Assembly: GCA_964551375.1 (NCBI GenBank)
Contig: CAZKBG010000001.1
Location: 807,329-839,328 of the forward strand
Source: an uncultured archaeon
GTDB taxonomy: Archaea; Iainarchaeota; Iainarchaeia; Iainarchaeales; JAAZKV01
Direction: 5' to 3'
Length of the DNA: 32,000 nt
Part shown: one piece after another, positions 1 to 10,351 of the stretch
How positions within the stretch are numbered: position 1 is the stretch's first letter
Layout of the letters: each line of letters starts with the position of its first letter
Notes under the pieces: generated by a model
Database searches by the model: none
Told to the model about the DNA's origin: nothing
The model's input: only the letters and a program-made list of their open reading frames with translations
Made by a program: the position numbers and the translations under genes

Positions 1-372
1 GAGCTTTTTACAAACTACGGGCTTGCGCCTGGATTATTGTTTGGAAAAACACAGATAATTGAATGGCTTTCCTATGCAACAATTGAACTTTCAAAAGTAA
101 TGGGACTTGAAAAACACTTAATTAATTCCCAAAAACTGGGAAGAAGAGCAAAGTACGGCGTTAAAGAAGAACTTTTGATGCTTGTTGAGCTGAAGGGAAT
201 TGGAAGAGTTAGAGCAAGAAAATTATTTTCTGCTGGAATAAAGAAGCCAAGCGAAGCAAAGGCTAATATTGCCAAAGTTGAAGCAATTTTAGGCAAAAAA
301 GTGGCTGATTCAATCAAAGCCCAGCTTAAATTTGAAGCCGAAGGCGCAAAAACCTCCCAAAATACGCTTTAA
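1..372 (+). CDS. hel308: ATP-dependent DNA helicase Hel308-like, C-terminal fragment (5' truncated by window edge)
   Basis: Frame is open from base 1 (ELFTNYGLAPGLLFGKTQ...), so the TTG at 37 is not the true start. The segment YGVKEELLMLVELKGIGRVRARKLFSAGIKKPSE resembles the Hel308 C-terminal helix-hairpin-helix region. Confidence 0.85.
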   Translation, partial: ELFTNYGLAPGLLFGKTQIIEWLSYATIELSKVMGLEKHLINSQKLGRRAKYGVKEELLMLVELKGIGRVRARKLFSAGIKKPSEAKANIAKVEAILGKKVADSIKAQLKFEAEGAKTSQNTL

Positions 373-515
373 TTTTTTCAACTAACTCAGCTCGCTTAAC
401 TTAACTTGCAAAAAGCCAAAAACAGCCAAGGCAGGAAGCAAATTTTGGTTTAAAGTAAGCTTTATTAAGAACAATTCACTTATTTTTCCAACAAGCTAGG
501 GCAATTTGTGGTTGG

Positions 516-3500
516 ATGGATTTATCTGCAATAACAGAACCTTTCAAGAATTTCTATTACAAACTTGAAGACAAATGGTACGACTTTCTTGACTATTTGA
601 GCAACTATGTTCCAGTATACAAAGTAATTGACCCAATTGACAGCGTAGTGCCAAGCTTTGTAGTATTTTTGCTCGTTATATTATTTTTGATAGTGCTTGG
701 AGCATACTTGATGCAGTTTGGCTCAAATTATGAAATTGAATTCCACACAGTTGATTCAAAAACAAGCGCTGATTTAAGCGATGTTACAATTTACGGCGAA
801 ATAAACGCGGCTAATTTTGACGAAGTCACTGATGCTGAAGGAATGGCAATAGTCCGTCTTGACAGCGGAAGCAAGAACCTCTTTGACCAGATAGGTGAAA
901 TGATTTTCGGGGCAGAACCAGTCGAGTTTTATGCAATTGTTTCAGCGGAAAAAGCAGGATACAACAGCATTGCAGATAAAGAAGTTGACATTTCCACAAA
1001 AAGAGCAACAATCTCAATGGTGAAAAAAGATAGCACAGGCCCAAATGACCCAATACATCTTGAAGACGATTATCCAAACAGCACAAGAGTGACTTTAGTT
1101 GATTCGCTTACTGATGATCCAATAGTTGATAATACCGGAAGCGCATATGTAAGATTTAACTGCGCGAACAAAGCAACAGGCGCAAAAACCGCAAAAGATA
1201 TTGATGACGGCGACCTTGACGGAGTATTTTTGCTTAATTCAGAAAAATGCCAGTTTGTGGTAACAAATGCTTACACTACTGGATACGAGTCTCCAACAAA
1301 CCTTCCAAGAACTCTTCCTACTGCAATAAGCGAGCACAAAATCTCGATGTCAAAAATAAGATCGGCTCCAGGCGGAACAATAAAAGTATATGCTTATGAA
1401 AAAAATTCAAGCCCTGAAAAACCAATCCCAAGAGTTCAGGTAACTTTACTTGACAAATACAATATCAATGCAGGAAGAAAATTGACTGACAACAGCGGAG
1501 TTGCGGTATTTACTGACATTGATTCTGGAACTTACACAATAATTGCGGCAAGCCCCGACAGCAACTATGCATCAATACGCGTTGATGAAAATGTTTCAAT
1601 CACAGCAGTTGCAGGCGCTACAAGAGAAAAGAAAGTATACCTTGAAAGAATTGACCCAACTTTAGTAAGATTTGTTAAAGTACAGCTAAAGGACTCAAAC
1701 ACTTTAAGCATAATAAGAGACGCAAAAGCATTTGTTCAGGAAATAAGAAGATCAGGAAGCACATACTCGCTTGCCCCTCTTGCAGGATGCTTAAATGAAT
1801 GCATAAGCGACTCAAACGGAATAATAAAAGTAACAGGATTAATGAACGACGACGCAAACAAAGTTTTAATGATTGTGAATAAACCAGGGTATGTGATAAA
1901 AATATTCAAACCAATTCTGGTAAAATCAATCGACCCTCCGACAGTAGAATATCTTGAAGAAATTAACTCAACAAATTCAGGACAGGCAAGAGTGACAGTG
2001 AAAAGCTCTTCAAATAACGCTTTAATCGCAGGGGCAAAATCATTTTTGTATGTAAATCTTCTGGACCCAAGAGTTCAAAGAGTGCAGATTTTTGAAGACG
2101 GAATTTTGACTAATTCCGAAGGAATATCCATTTTCAACGGACTTCCAATAGGCGCTGATAAAAACTATGTTGCGAGAGCCACATATGACACGCTTGACTC
2201 AGGATACTCTGCAGGAAAGCAGATTTACGCAGGACAGACAACTGATTTTAATTTATCAATCGCGCTTGACGCTGCATTCATAAGGGTTCTACTGCTTGAC
2301 GCAAACACAAGACAAGTGATACCAACAAGAGCGGACGCAAACGTTGTTTTGTTTCCTGCAAACCGCCCAATGGATGTGCTTCATTATGATTCACAAACAA
2401 CAAGATTCATCAGCGCAATGTATCCAAGAGCAATAAGCTTTGTAGTTGCCGCTGATTTGAATAATTACGCGGGAGCAGTGCTTGAAATCCCCGCAGGAAA
2501 CTTGTCAAACGGAATAAATGACTTTAATGTAAGACTTTACCCGCTAAGCATGCTTGACAAAAATGTAAATATTTTCTTCAACGGATTTTACAGAAACAAT
2601 TACGAACTAATAAGGGGGATAAAAGCAAATTCAATTGAAACCACAAACCAGCATGATGACGGAACTTTCGGATATTATGAACAGATAGATGTTGTCGCAG
2701 GAAAAGATTTGAATTATTCAGATTTGTTTGGGGCGATAAGATTTAGCGACGCAATGAAAATAGTTGGAATTCCATTTAAAACAGGAATAAATTATCTTGA
2801 ATCAGGGTATTATTTATGCAGTCCTCCGATACAAAACCCGGTTAATTCTGATGAATTTTACATACAAACCGACTCAAACTGCCAGCGAAACGAGACAAAT
2901 CCAAACGGGGCAATGGCTGGAATACACTGGCAGCAGGGAATTTCGGCTCAAAGAGGATTAAAGAAAACAGTTTACACAATGGCTGTTAAAACAATTTTTG
3001 GAGATGTTAACGAAGGCACAATATTAAACCTAAAAGGATTTGGAAAAGAAAAACACAACACGCTTTCTTCAGAAGACAGATTTGACATAAGCTACCAATT
3101 AGGAACTCCAATAGGTCCAACAGACAACAATGCTGCAATTTCAATAATTGCTACCATGAACAGCGGGGCAATTACAAGAGATCCTGAAGGATTTATATAT
3201 AATCCAGCAAAAAAAACTTATCTTGAAGTTTCCCCAACTCAAACAAAAATAACCGCTTATCAAAGAAATAATCTTGGGATAAAAGTCAGAAATGACTCAA
3301 ATGTTCCAATTACAAACATAAAACTTTATGTTTACACATACAGCGGAATTATGGAAGAGTTTAATTACGTTCCAAGCGGAGCAATAAGGCTTGATAATGA
3401 AACAACAGGACTAAGGTCAAGATACGTTGCCACAATTTTAAATTTAAACAAAAACGCAATTTCCTCGCCGCAAACAGTTCCATTGTATTCATTAACTCCA

Positions 3501-5990
3501 AATTCAACAACAAAAGTAATCATAGTCGCAGCAGTTGAGGATAAAAATTATTTATTTGTTGCAGACACAAAAACAGTAGCGCTGAATTTGGTTCTTTCAG
3601 GCGCAAGATTCATGGCTGATGTTCAGGACCAGAACTTTGACGCAGAAGTATTCGCAGGAAACGGCAGAACTCCAGTTGCGCTTGAATCAGTTGACTTAAA
3701 AGCAGTGAGAAACTGCTCTAATACGCAAAACAGAGTTGTTGATTACAATAACTTACTTGCAGATATTGACCCAGTTAGGACAAATTACTTTGAAAGAACA
3801 ATACCTGGAATTTACAGAAAAGACGCTGACTGCCTTGTAGTGCACGTAGTTGCAGAAAGCCCTGATTATGATGATTTGACAAAAACAATATATGCTGGAT
3901 ATTCAGTTCTTCAGGACTTGACATTATCATGCGTTGACGCTTCATTCCCCGACGCATTTGGAGACAGCGACCTTGAAGAAATGACTGCTGAATGGGACAG
4001 CGAATTTGATGTAAGAGTAATAAACACCTGCGCAGGACCAATGCAGATAAGCGTTGAATCAGGATTAAACCAAGTATCAAATACATGCAATAATCTTGCC
4101 TCGCTTGCAGAATGCAACGTTAGATTAAAAGCGAGGAATAAATCATACAGCCCTACGGTAAAATACAGCGATATTTTGGGAGTTTTCCCTATTTACATTA
4201 AAGCGCGCGACGCGCAGACATCCAAAAAACTTGCGCTTGCGGATAAATTAAAAATTCACATCTCAAATTCTGCAGAATGCTTCCAAATAATACAAAAAGA
4301 TATTTACGAAGCAAATCCCCAGCCGTTTAAAGGAAGCATGATAATTAACAACAACTGCCAGAACACGCTTGTGGACGATTATTATGTTCCAAAAGAAGTG
4401 CTAAGCCTTGCGGGTGCGGATGTTAACACATTTGCTCCAAAATACCAGTCAGTTGATTTCAATTATGATTTAATAGTAAGGGGCGGAGGATACGATTACG
4501 GCACAACTCCAGTAACACGAATTGCAAATGTATTCTTCCCAGAACAGGGAGTAAATGGAAAACCAGTAATCGGAACAGGACCAAACGGCTACAATAAATA
4601 CGGACAGTTCAGATTCTCAATACCTAATTACAGCGGACAAACTGACTTGTTTTATTTCAGATGGTCGGATAGAAATGACGGCTCGAACAGATACGGCGCA
4701 GTGCTTGACAATACTATTACAGTAAATTATAGAGACGGAACACATCAGACTGTTCAAACAAATGTAGCGACTTTTGATATTAACACTCTTCCAATCGCAT
4801 GCAAATGCTACGGAACAAGATACAGCGGAGCTTCATGCTCTCAGGCAGTTCACACTGATGTAATATTTGGAAACGGAACATTTTCAGGAGAACACTGCAT
4901 GCTAATTTCAAACGATTTAGTAGTCGGTGTGCCTGATGGAGAAGGAATTGGTGGATTAATGTATGTCTACGTTCCAAGAGGAAATGTTGAATCATTTGAT
5001 TTTAATATTTACGGAAACCCAAATGCAACAAACTTGCGAATAAAGGGATACTCTTGGATAAGGTATACTGAAAATTTAACGACTATTACTCCAAACGGAA
5101 GCTCAAGCGCAGCTGTATTAAACAGCGGGGGATTCAGAATATATCCAGTTGAAGGATACACTTACATACTCAAAAACCTTGCAGACACTTCACTAAGCAA
5201 ACAGCTTGAAGAAAGAATACAACTCTGCAAAAAAGTTCAATCAGCAGACGCATGGTATTTCTTAGACCAGCTGTATTGGACAAAAAGATCAATAATGAAC
5301 TTTGATGAAGCAAAAGCATTCTGCTCGACTTCAGCAGGAGCAGGCATTGATTTGACAGGAACAACTCCAAGACTTGCAACCTCGGCTGATGTGAGCGCGC
5401 CAAGAAACCAATTCATAAGCGGCGATCCAAAACTATTATGGAACGCAAGCGACGGACAGGGCGGATGGGTAAACGGCGAAGGGGTAAAAGGATTTTGGCT
5501 TGACAACTGCCAAGGCGAATGGTGCTTCCCGTTAAGAAAACTTGACACAGCATATGCATACGTTGACAATAATGTTCATGCCGACATTGCAGAATATGTT
5601 CCTTTATGCACAGTAGAACTTGACAACACCCGCGAAGTTACATCAGCAATGTGCACAGCTCTTGGAATAACCTGCAACAAAGCATCAGGACAATGCGTAT
5701 TCCCAGATCCATCATCATTCACTTCATTTAACAGCAACGCTTACTTAAAAACTCCAAATCCTTTGGTTGAAGTTGTTATAAAATCAGTTCGCGCAAACGG
5801 AAGAGCGCTTGATCCTTCAACAGTAGTTGTGTGGCTTGAAGGAGGATTATTAAAAGCAAGATTTATCGGAGAGAATTACTCGCCATATGACGACCAGACA
5901 ATTGAATCGGATATTATTGCAAAAGATGTAAAGGGCGACCAGTACGGAACATTAACTGTTATAGATTATGTAAATAATCCGGAGGATTAG
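516..5990 (+). CDS. Giant membrane-anchored surface protein (1824 aa), N-terminal TM followed by multiple Ig/carboxypeptidase-regulatory-like beta domains
   Basis: Long uninterrupted ORF. ATG at 516. Single hydrophobic segment VVPSFVVFLLVILFLIVLGAYLM near the N-terminus. Repeated 'DNSGVAVFTDIDSGTYTI', 'DSNGIIKVTGL', 'NSEGISIFNGLPIG' motifs typical of CarboxypepD_reg-like beta domains. Cys pairs throughout the C-terminal half. Confidence 0.85.
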   Translation: MDLSAITEPFKNFYYKLEDKWYDFLDYLSNYVPVYKVIDPIDSVVPSFVVFLLVILFLIVLGAYLMQFGSNYEIEFHTVDSKTSADLSDVTIYGEINAANFDEVTDAEGMAIVRLDSGSKNLFDQIGEMIFGAEPVEFYAIVSAEKAGYNSIADKEVDISTKRATISMVKKDSTGPNDPIHLEDDYPNSTRVTLVDSLTDDPIVDNTGSAYVRFNCANKATGAKTAKDIDDGDLDGVFLLNSEKCQFVVTNAYTTGYESPTNLPRTLPTAISEHKISMSKIRSAPGGTIKVYAYEKNSSPEKPIPRVQVTLLDKYNINAGRKLTDNSGVAVFTDIDSGTYTIIAASPDSNYASIRVDENVSITAVAGATREKKVYLERIDPTLVRFVKVQLKDSNTLSIIRDAKAFVQEIRRSGSTYSLAPLAGCLNECISDSNGIIKVTGLMNDDANKVLMIVNKPGYVIKIFKPILVKSIDPPTVEYLEEINSTNSGQARVTVKSSSNNALIAGAKSFLYVNLLDPRVQRVQIFEDGILTNSEGISIFNGLPIGADKNYVARATYDTLDSGYSAGKQIYAGQTTDFNLSIALDAAFIRVLLLDANTRQVIPTRADANVVLFPANRPMDVLHYDSQTTRFISAMYPRAISFVVAADLNNYAGAVLEIPAGNLSNGINDFNVRLYPLSMLDKNVNIFFNGFYRNNYELIRGIKANSIETTNQHDDGTFGYYEQIDVVAGKDLNYSDLFGAIRFSDAMKIVGIPFKTGINYLESGYYLCSPPIQNPVNSDEFYIQTDSNCQRNETNPNGAMAGIHWQQGISAQRGLKKTVYTMAVKTIFGDVNEGTILNLKGFGKEKHNTLSSEDRFDISYQLGTPIGPTDNNAAISIIATMNSGAITRDPEGFIYNPAKKTYLEVSPTQTKITAYQRNNLGIKVRNDSNVPITNIKLYVYTYSGIMEEFNYVPSGAIRLDNETTGLRSRYVATILNLNKNAISSPQTVPLYSLTPNSTTKVIIVAAVEDKNYLFVADTKTVALNLVLSGARFMADVQDQNFDAEVFAGNGRTPVALESVDLKAVRNCSNTQNRVVDYNNLLADIDPVRTNYFERTIPGIYRKDADCLVVHVVAESPDYDDLTKTIYAGYSVLQDLTLSCVDASFPDAFGDSDLEEMTAEWDSEFDVRVINTCAGPMQISVESGLNQVSNTCNNLASLAECNVRLKARNKSYSPTVKYSDILGVFPIYIKARDAQTSKKLALADKLKIHISNSAECFQIIQKDIYEANPQPFKGSMIINNNCQNTLVDDYYVPKEVLSLAGADVNTFAPKYQSVDFNYDLIVRGGGYDYGTTPVTRIANVFFPEQGVNGKPVIGTGPNGYNKYGQFRFSIPNYSGQTDLFYFRWSDRNDGSNRYGAVLDNTITVNYRDGTHQTVQTNVATFDINTLPIACKCYGTRYSGASCSQAVHTDVIFGNGTFSGEHCMLISNDLVVGVPDGEGIGGLMYVYVPRGNVESFDFNIYGNPNATNLRIKGYSWIRYTENLTTITPNGSSSAAVLNSGGFRIYPVEGYTYILKNLADTSLSKQLEERIQLCKKVQSADAWYFLDQLYWTKRSIMNFDEAKAFCSTSAGAGIDLTGTTPRLATSADVSAPRNQFISGDPKLLWNASDGQGGWVNGEGVKGFWLDNCQGEWCFPLRKLDTAYAYVDNNVHADIAEYVPLCTVELDNTREVTSAMCTALGITCNKASGQCVFPDPSSFTSFNSNAYLKTPNPLVEVVIKSVRANGRALDPSTVVVWLEGGLLKARFIGENYSPYDDQTIESDIIAKDVKGDQYGTLTVIDYVNNPED

Positions 5991-6056
5991 AAATTTGAGA
6001 TTATTAAGTGATTTTTACTAAAGCAATTAATTAAAAGTAAAAATGTGGTTGTAATT

Positions 6057-7733
6057 ATGATGAAAAAAATAATAGTGCTGCTGTTTTTAGTAATGGCAGT
6101 ATCCTTGGCATTTTCTGCAGAAATTCCCGCAAGCGAAGTAGCGTGGAATGCTGGGCTTATATTAAAACTTGACAAACAAACATTTGCCCAAAACGAGCCA
6201 ATCACAGGCGAAATAACTATTGAAAACCGCGAAAATGCTCCTTTAGTAGGCGCAAAAGTTGTTTTGCAAATAGTTCAAGGAGAATATTTTTACCCTTCGC
6301 AGTACAATAATGCAGAAATTATACTTCACGAACAAGTAATTGATTTTAACTGGATGGTGCAGGGAAACAAAAAAACAATGAAATTCACAATGCCTGCCCA
6401 AAAATCAGGGGATTATAGAGTAGATGCATATGCATGGGCAGTTAAATCAAAAATGATTGGAGCAAGCAATATTTTATTAAATCCAATTTCATCAGTCTTT
6501 AGCATTCCTGGAGAAAAATATAAACGCCCGACAATATTTAGAGAAATTACTGTGTTCAACGGAACTGTTGGTCCTGTCGGATTTCCTGTTAAATCCCAAA
6601 CAGCAATAACAGGAGATGTTGTTCTTTCTGGGCTTTCAAATTTAGGATTTTCAAACCTTAAAGTCGGCGCAGTAATATGCGAATGGGCTACAGCTTTTTG
6701 CGACACTCAAAATGAAGTAAAAGCAGATTTTGGAGCTCCTGACTTAGGCGGCACAGCATACGCAAGATTAAATCTCACAGCTCCAAAAATTCCTTCAGCA
6801 TACGAAATACTATTCAAAGTATATTCAGGGGATGAAGTAATAGGAATGTACAAAAATAGGGCAATTGTAAGCGGACCAACTTCAAAAGCAAGAAAAATCC
6901 TAATAGAAGGGCTTGACAAAAGAAGCTACTCAATAAAGACTTATTTAGTAGGGACTCCAGACCACTTCGCAATGGAAAGCTTCACTGATTTTGACTTGAA
7001 AGTAAATGCTTACAAAGACGGAAACACAGTATTTTCAAAAACCGAAAGAATTCCTGTAATAAATTACGCTGATATATTCACAAAAACATATCCTGTCGGG
7101 AGAATATTCTTTGACAGTGTCTGCGTTACTGTTGAAAAAGACTCAACAGTGTTTGACAAAGAATGCTTTGACGCTCCGATGAAAGAAATACAGGCTGAAT
7201 ATGATTCGCTTTATCCAACCCCAGTAAGCGTTGAATGGAAATATTATCCGGAAAACGACGCGCTTGAAATAATGCTTGCAAAAGACGTGATTAACTCAAA
7301 AATAAGATTATTCTCAACCGACCAGATGTATATTGAAGAAATGGTGAATGAAACAGGATTTTACACAAAGACAATAACCGCTCCAAAAGAAAATATGACG
7401 CTTGCAGTTGATGATATTGACGCAAAACAACAGCAGGTATTCCAAATAAATTTAGGCCCTGCGGGAGACGAATTTGGAAACACTATTGTTGAAACCGGCG
7501 TAAAGCCAATCAGCGAATGCAAAGGACAAATCTGCTCAACAGGACTTGTGTGCAAATCGCAGCCAATTGCTTCAATAGAAGGCGAATGCTGCATGACTCA
7601 ATGCATAAGCGCAGGCGAAGTAACTCCTGAAGAAGGAAAAGAAATAATTCCATTAATAGTTCTAATTGCAATAATACTTGCAATAATTGCATTATTTGTT
7701 TTATACAAAGCGGCAAAGGTGGCGAGAAAATGA
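6057..7733 (+). CDS. Exported protein with signal peptide, MG2/beta-sandwich-like domains, short Cys-rich segment and C-terminal TM anchor
   Basis: Signal peptide MMKKIIVLLFLVMAVSLAFSA; 'LKLDKQTFAQNEPITGEITIENRENAPLVGAKVVL'; C-terminal TM IIPLIVLIAIILAIIALFVLY followed by a basic tail. ATG at 6057 preferred over the GTG at 6045. Confidence 0.8.
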   Translation: MMKKIIVLLFLVMAVSLAFSAEIPASEVAWNAGLILKLDKQTFAQNEPITGEITIENRENAPLVGAKVVLQIVQGEYFYPSQYNNAEIILHEQVIDFNWMVQGNKKTMKFTMPAQKSGDYRVDAYAWAVKSKMIGASNILLNPISSVFSIPGEKYKRPTIFREITVFNGTVGPVGFPVKSQTAITGDVVLSGLSNLGFSNLKVGAVICEWATAFCDTQNEVKADFGAPDLGGTAYARLNLTAPKIPSAYEILFKVYSGDEVIGMYKNRAIVSGPTSKARKILIEGLDKRSYSIKTYLVGTPDHFAMESFTDFDLKVNAYKDGNTVFSKTERIPVINYADIFTKTYPVGRIFFDSVCVTVEKDSTVFDKECFDAPMKEIQAEYDSLYPTPVSVEWKYYPENDALEIMLAKDVINSKIRLFSTDQMYIEEMVNETGFYTKTITAPKENMTLAVDDIDAKQQQVFQINLGPAGDEFGNTIVETGVKPISECKGQICSTGLVCKSQPIASIEGECCMTQCISAGEVTPEEGKEIIPLIVLIAIILAIIALFVLYKAAKVARK

Positions 7734-10264
7734 ATTCAAAATTATTAATCACCATTGCTTTAGCAATATGCTTACTCATTCCAACTGTATTTGCAGGAAC
7801 AACCCACTGCTGGAGACAAGAAATTGACAGGGGAGTTGGGGCAAATGAATTCATGATAGGGGACGCAAGCTTTGACGCAATATCAGGCGTGTGGATAGCA
7901 ACAATCGGAACAAGAATGGACTTAAACGGATTCGGCTCATTCCAGCTAAATTGCGATGACGGAGCAAGCGGAAGCGGAAAAAACTATGTTGATGTGCTTG
8001 ACGCAACAGACGGAAATATTGTTGCAACAAATGTGACAGGAAATTTAGGCCCTGCGGCAATATCGGGCGGATACTGCATGTATAACGGAAGCATTTGCTA
8101 CAAATACAAAGGCGCATTTTATCCAAGACATGGAGCATGCGATGCAGGAACCGATCCGGCAGTTGGAGCTGGAGAACTAGACGCAATGTCAATAGTGTTT
8201 GATGAAAACAGCGTAGGATATCATGAATATGTTGTGAGATACGGCGCGCTTTCACCAGCAACTGCGGACCCTTACTCGCCAAACTTGTGGATGCAGACAA
8301 TAAAAGTAATAAAAGTATTTGTCGGAATGCCAGGGCTATTAACATTCAACCAGCAGAGATTAAAAAGAATGGGCTATTATGACAAAGACGGCACTGCTGA
8401 AATTGATGTGATATTCACAGTTTTAAATAAATCCCCCTTCACTGCAAGAGTAACTAACTACAATATGGTGTGCAACGGAGAAGTAACTTGCGAACTTCCT
8501 CAAGTGGGCGGGCACCCAGAATATGTTGGATACACAATCAAAACAGACCAGCCGCTTGTAATTCCAGCAAAAGTAAAATTTAATAAAAGAACTACGCTTC
8601 CTGAAGATTTCTTCGCCTCGCTTGAAATGACTTACTCAATTGACGGGCTTGCAAAATGCGACCTTGCAACAGGCGCAGCAACATGCCAGACACGCTCTGC
8701 AGCAATGGAATACAAAATAGGGCTTTTAGACAAGCAGGATTTCCAGATAAATATACTTGGCTCTGAATCGGAAAGAGATTGCGTTGATGCTGAAGGAAAC
8801 CCTGGAAGAACAGGGCCAGAACTTGCGCCAAGAGTGAACTTATCCTTCAATCCTTCCACAGTAAGCTATGATTGTTCAAATATTAATCCAATAACAGGCG
8901 CAGATAATCCAAATTGGGTATACTGTTCTCAAAAAGAATTCTTAGTTCAGTTAAGCAGAAGAATCGGAGAAGGATGGATAAGACTTGGGAATATCAAAAT
9001 TTATGAAAAAGACGGCAACGCAGGCGCAGCGGATGCATTAAGAGTTGAAAATGGAAGAATACTAACATTCAATGCTTACTTAAGAGCGCAGGACATCTCA
9101 CGAGCTCAGGTATCGGCAAATGCTTCTCAATTTGGAACAGGATTATTAACTTCAGTAAATCTTCCAGGAACAGTATTTGATTCAGGCGCAACAGCGGTCG
9201 CAAGAATGAAAAACCTTGTTAATTCAATAAATTTCAAACAATCAATCGGCGGAGTAAGAGTGGATGAAACAATGCTTGAACCCGGAATGTACCAAGTTTC
9301 AATTGACATGAATGACATTGACCTTTCAAGCGCGGCAACTTCAACTTTATTCAAACCTGACGGCTCAATAAACCCTGCCGCAAACATAAAAGTAACTCTT
9401 GAAAAACAAACTCCTCCGGCATTTGACTGGTTCTTCTATTACGATGAAGATTCAGCATCAAGATTTGCGGGAAGCATATACGGAGGAGGCTCAACAGCAA
9501 CTACATTTAACAAAACAAATATACAAGACAGAGGGTTAATTGTTAATTTCACAAAATCAGGCTCATCAATGAGCGGGACTTTATACAAAACAATTGCAAT
9601 TCCTTTAATTGCAAGAATTGCAGACACAAACCTCCCAAGCGTTCCTCCTGCAAAGTTTGACGCACAGGGAAGCGGACTTGGACAGAGCAACTTTACTTAC
9701 TGGACAGGATTTGCAAGCTCACTTCCAGCAGGACCTCAAAGAGGATGCGAAACAATCAGCCTTACTCCTCCGCTTGGAAATAAAGCGCTGCCTTATAGAA
9801 TTGCAGATATAAATGCGGGATTAAACAATATTCAAACTAATATTCATAATTATACAATAGAAGAATTAGTTAACGTTGCGCCAAACAGCGTGATGTATCT
9901 TGAAACAGTTCTATATATGCCAGTGGGCTCGGGATTATGGATACAAGCGCCATTCAAAATATCAACGCTAAACGGAACAACAACAAGCACTCCTCAAAAT
10001 CCGCAGACATTAAATATTTCTCCAAGCGACCAAGCATGGGCAAGCGTGTTTAAGATTGACGGAACAAGCACAAACAACACGCTTGAAAATATATTTGACA
10101 AAATCGCAGACGGAAATGTGTGCGTAATAAGAGACACTTCACAAAGCGCGACAAACTGGAGACTATTCTGGAACCAAACTGCTGTACTTAACGCTCTAAA
10201 TCCAGTTAGAACTTCAATAAGAGATGCTAATTTATGCGCTGCAAGACAGCAATTATCAAGCTAA
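7730..10264 (+). CDS. Secreted protein of unknown function (844 aa)
   Basis: Signal peptide MNSKLLITIALAICLLIPTVFA; 4-nt ATGA overlap with the upstream ORF stop; GGTGG ribosome-binding motif upstream of ATG. Confidence 0.8.
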   Translation: MNSKLLITIALAICLLIPTVFAGTTHCWRQEIDRGVGANEFMIGDASFDAISGVWIATIGTRMDLNGFGSFQLNCDDGASGSGKNYVDVLDATDGNIVATNVTGNLGPAAISGGYCMYNGSICYKYKGAFYPRHGACDAGTDPAVGAGELDAMSIVFDENSVGYHEYVVRYGALSPATADPYSPNLWMQTIKVIKVFVGMPGLLTFNQQRLKRMGYYDKDGTAEIDVIFTVLNKSPFTARVTNYNMVCNGEVTCELPQVGGHPEYVGYTIKTDQPLVIPAKVKFNKRTTLPEDFFASLEMTYSIDGLAKCDLATGAATCQTRSAAMEYKIGLLDKQDFQINILGSESERDCVDAEGNPGRTGPELAPRVNLSFNPSTVSYDCSNINPITGADNPNWVYCSQKEFLVQLSRRIGEGWIRLGNIKIYEKDGNAGAADALRVENGRILTFNAYLRAQDISRAQVSANASQFGTGLLTSVNLPGTVFDSGATAVARMKNLVNSINFKQSIGGVRVDETMLEPGMYQVSIDMNDIDLSSAATSTLFKPDGSINPAANIKVTLEKQTPPAFDWFFYYDEDSASRFAGSIYGGGSTATTFNKTNIQDRGLIVNFTKSGSSMSGTLYKTIAIPLIARIADTNLPSVPPAKFDAQGSGLGQSNFTYWTGFASSLPAGPQRGCETISLTPPLGNKALPYRIADINAGLNNIQTNIHNYTIEELVNVAPNSVMYLETVLYMPVGSGLWIQAPFKISTLNGTTTSTPQNPQTLNISPSDQAWASVFKIDGTSTNNTLENIFDKIADGNVCVIRDTSQSATNWRLFWNQTAVLNALNPVRTSIRDANLCAARQQLSS

Positions 10265-10292
10265 AAATCAAGCGCTAAAAACGCCAAAAAAG

Positions 10293-10316
10293 TACATGAC
10301 TTAACGTGTATTTTTT
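10293..10316 (+). terminator. Candidate terminator: 6-bp hairpin followed by T6
   Basis: tacatg-acttaa-cgtgta (one G-U pair in RNA) followed by tttttt, 28 nt after the stop of the 844 aa ORF and between convergent genes. Confidence 0.4.
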
Positions 10317-10351
10317 ATAAAAAAAGCTTAATGTAGAAATTTATTTGCTTG

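Noticed and set aside
826-5569. Several antisense ORFs of 60-110 aa within the 1824 aa gene (for example 3775..4086, 5237..5569)
   Set aside because: Low-complexity Leu/Ser/Gln-rich translations mirror the sense strand; no recognisable domains, and the sense frame is clearly coding.
7510-8859. Antisense ORFs 7510..7854, 7851..8345, 8592..8831 and 8632..8859
   Set aside because: Shadow ORFs opposite clear exported-protein genes, with Leu/Arg/Gln-rich composition typical of the antisense frame.
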